The translations under genes and the position numbers were made by a program. From assembly GCF_001949145.1 (NCBI RefSeq), contig NW_019091359.1, positions 618,427 to 638,426 on the forward strand: 20,000 bases of DNA, in the 5' to 3' direction. Positions 1 through 20,000 of the stretch are shown piece by piece (within the stretch, counting starts at the first letter, position 1; each line of letters begins with the position of its first letter). Origin of the DNA: Acanthaster planci. Lineage: Eukaryota. The notes beneath the pieces were generated by a model. That model had not been told where the DNA came from, made no database searches, and saw only the letters and a list, made by a program, of their open reading frames with translations.

Positions 1-734
1 TATTCCAGTATTTAGTTAGTCATACAACATTCTGATCTGGCTTTCACTTGATTTCTTCGTATCTAAACTGGTACATGTACACTGCAAGTATTTGGAGTTA
101 CTTTTTCTGGCCTTTTATTAGAGCTTTAGCCTTCCTTCAGTTGCAGAAGTCACAATCAAAAATAAATCACATACATTTCTCCCTGCTATGCTACTAATAA
201 TATACATGTACATGTATATACACCTGTACAGAGACAAGACACTAAGGGCCGGATCATAATCGGGCTTGGCTATACATGCAACTGATCAAATTTCATCAAT
301 ATATAAAAGTAGGCAACTGTCGTATGATGCTAGCTTTTCGATTGTCATAACTTGTCAACAGTCAAAGCACAACTACGGTACACATGTACACGTACCAAGT
401 TATATTGACAGTCATAACAAGTCAGTTCTGCTTTTTGTAGGCAAGGGACCCATAAAGCTGTTAAAATGGTCACTTGACTTATTTGGACCGAGGTGACAAC
501 TTGGTTCAGAATAGATGTTTGCACAGGAGGGTTACTCCTTCTGGATTTGGCACTGTGCAGTTCACACAAAGTGCAAGGTTTCAAACAGTCATTTGGGAAA
601 GTGTGCCTTGTCAGCCATTAGAAGCGATGGCAATGACAGTATACTACATGTATTGTTGCCATGTTCTCAATCTCTTTGCTGGAATCTTTAGTGGCTTTCT
701 GTTCATCCCTCAATCTCATCCCTGCAAAACTAAT

Positions 735-1087
735 CAGGCTTTTCGCTAACTTTTTTTCTGGGTAGCCCACTGCAGATTTTACCATCCAGTTTAGATTTTT
801 ACTAGCCCATTTATATTTTGAGCTTTCATTTATTTTTTTGTATTTTTTCCCTTAGTTGAGACTATTTTATTTCAGTCATTTGTAAAGTTGATATTTTGGA
901 AAATAAAAGGTTGGGTGTAAATGATTTAGTACTGCAAGCATTACATCATGTACTTGTAACTTAATTTTAACTGGCAGGTCACTGAATTTTTCACTAGCCC
1001 ACTGGGCAACCAAGGAAGTTAATCTGGGTAGCCCGGAGTGATTTTTGTTGGAATTTGTATGCCGCACCTGTACTGTTTTGAACCCTG
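735..1087. mobile_element. Possible degenerate hAT-like MITE
   Basis: CAGGCTTT start and AACCCTG end; four TAGCCC motifs (near 763, 803, 995, 1029); no TSD found, so boundaries are uncertain. Confidence 0.35.
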
Positions 1088-1231
1088 CTAAATACCTTTT
1101 GGTTTAGGAAAAAAGAATTCAAAAGACAGAAGTATACAACACATGCACTTGTAAGGATGCCACAGTCAAGACATGATAGCAGGGTTTACTGTTAATGAAT
1201 GACATTTGGATTCTTGTGGATCGTATTGCAG

Positions 1232-19754
<18,523 letters not shown>

Positions 19755-20000
19755 GTGAGTATTACAGCCACTGTGCGCTGGTCATACCAAACTCAGCTGA
19801 TCATCATGACATGAGTCTGTCATTCTGCACATCCAATCTCACACCCAATGGAGTACATGTAACTTCGCAGAGGCCAACATCACTGGATAACTTGGAGCAT
19901 TTTCGAATCCCTGTTCTTGATAACACTCGAGTTACACGGGAATGGTGTTCTTGAGCAGGTTGTTATGAACGGGCAGGTGCATGTCGGAGACAAAGCAATG

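Noticed and set aside
266..749. Short ORFs upstream of exon 1 as possible earlier kinase exons
   Set aside because: No glycine-rich loop or AMK/VAIK motif and no convincing splice context; the upstream exons lie before the window.

Overview
Eukaryotic (metazoan, probably invertebrate) genomic DNA. The whole window lies inside one + strand gene, a Citron Rho-interacting kinase (CIT / Drosophila sticky; DMPK-ROCK-MRCK branch of AGC kinases) orthologue. I could splice 20 GT-AG exons between 1232 and 19754 into one open, phase-consistent frame of 3036 nt (about 1012 aa). It covers the kinase domain from the alphaC helix onward, the AGC C-tail and most of the long Rho-binding coiled coil. The start codon and the C1/PH/CNH C-terminus lie outside the window. 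The introns hold several non-autonomous DNA transposons: four TTAA-flanked piggyBac-like MITEs (two related copies in opposite orientation, two abutting at one shared target site) and a 2.2 kb hAT-like element with a perfect 8 bp TSD. They also contain a 17 bp minisatellite, some small hairpins and two assembly gaps. I found no convincing novel system; the findings are modest TE and splicing observations. Comparisons with human CIT are from recalled sequence, not a database search.
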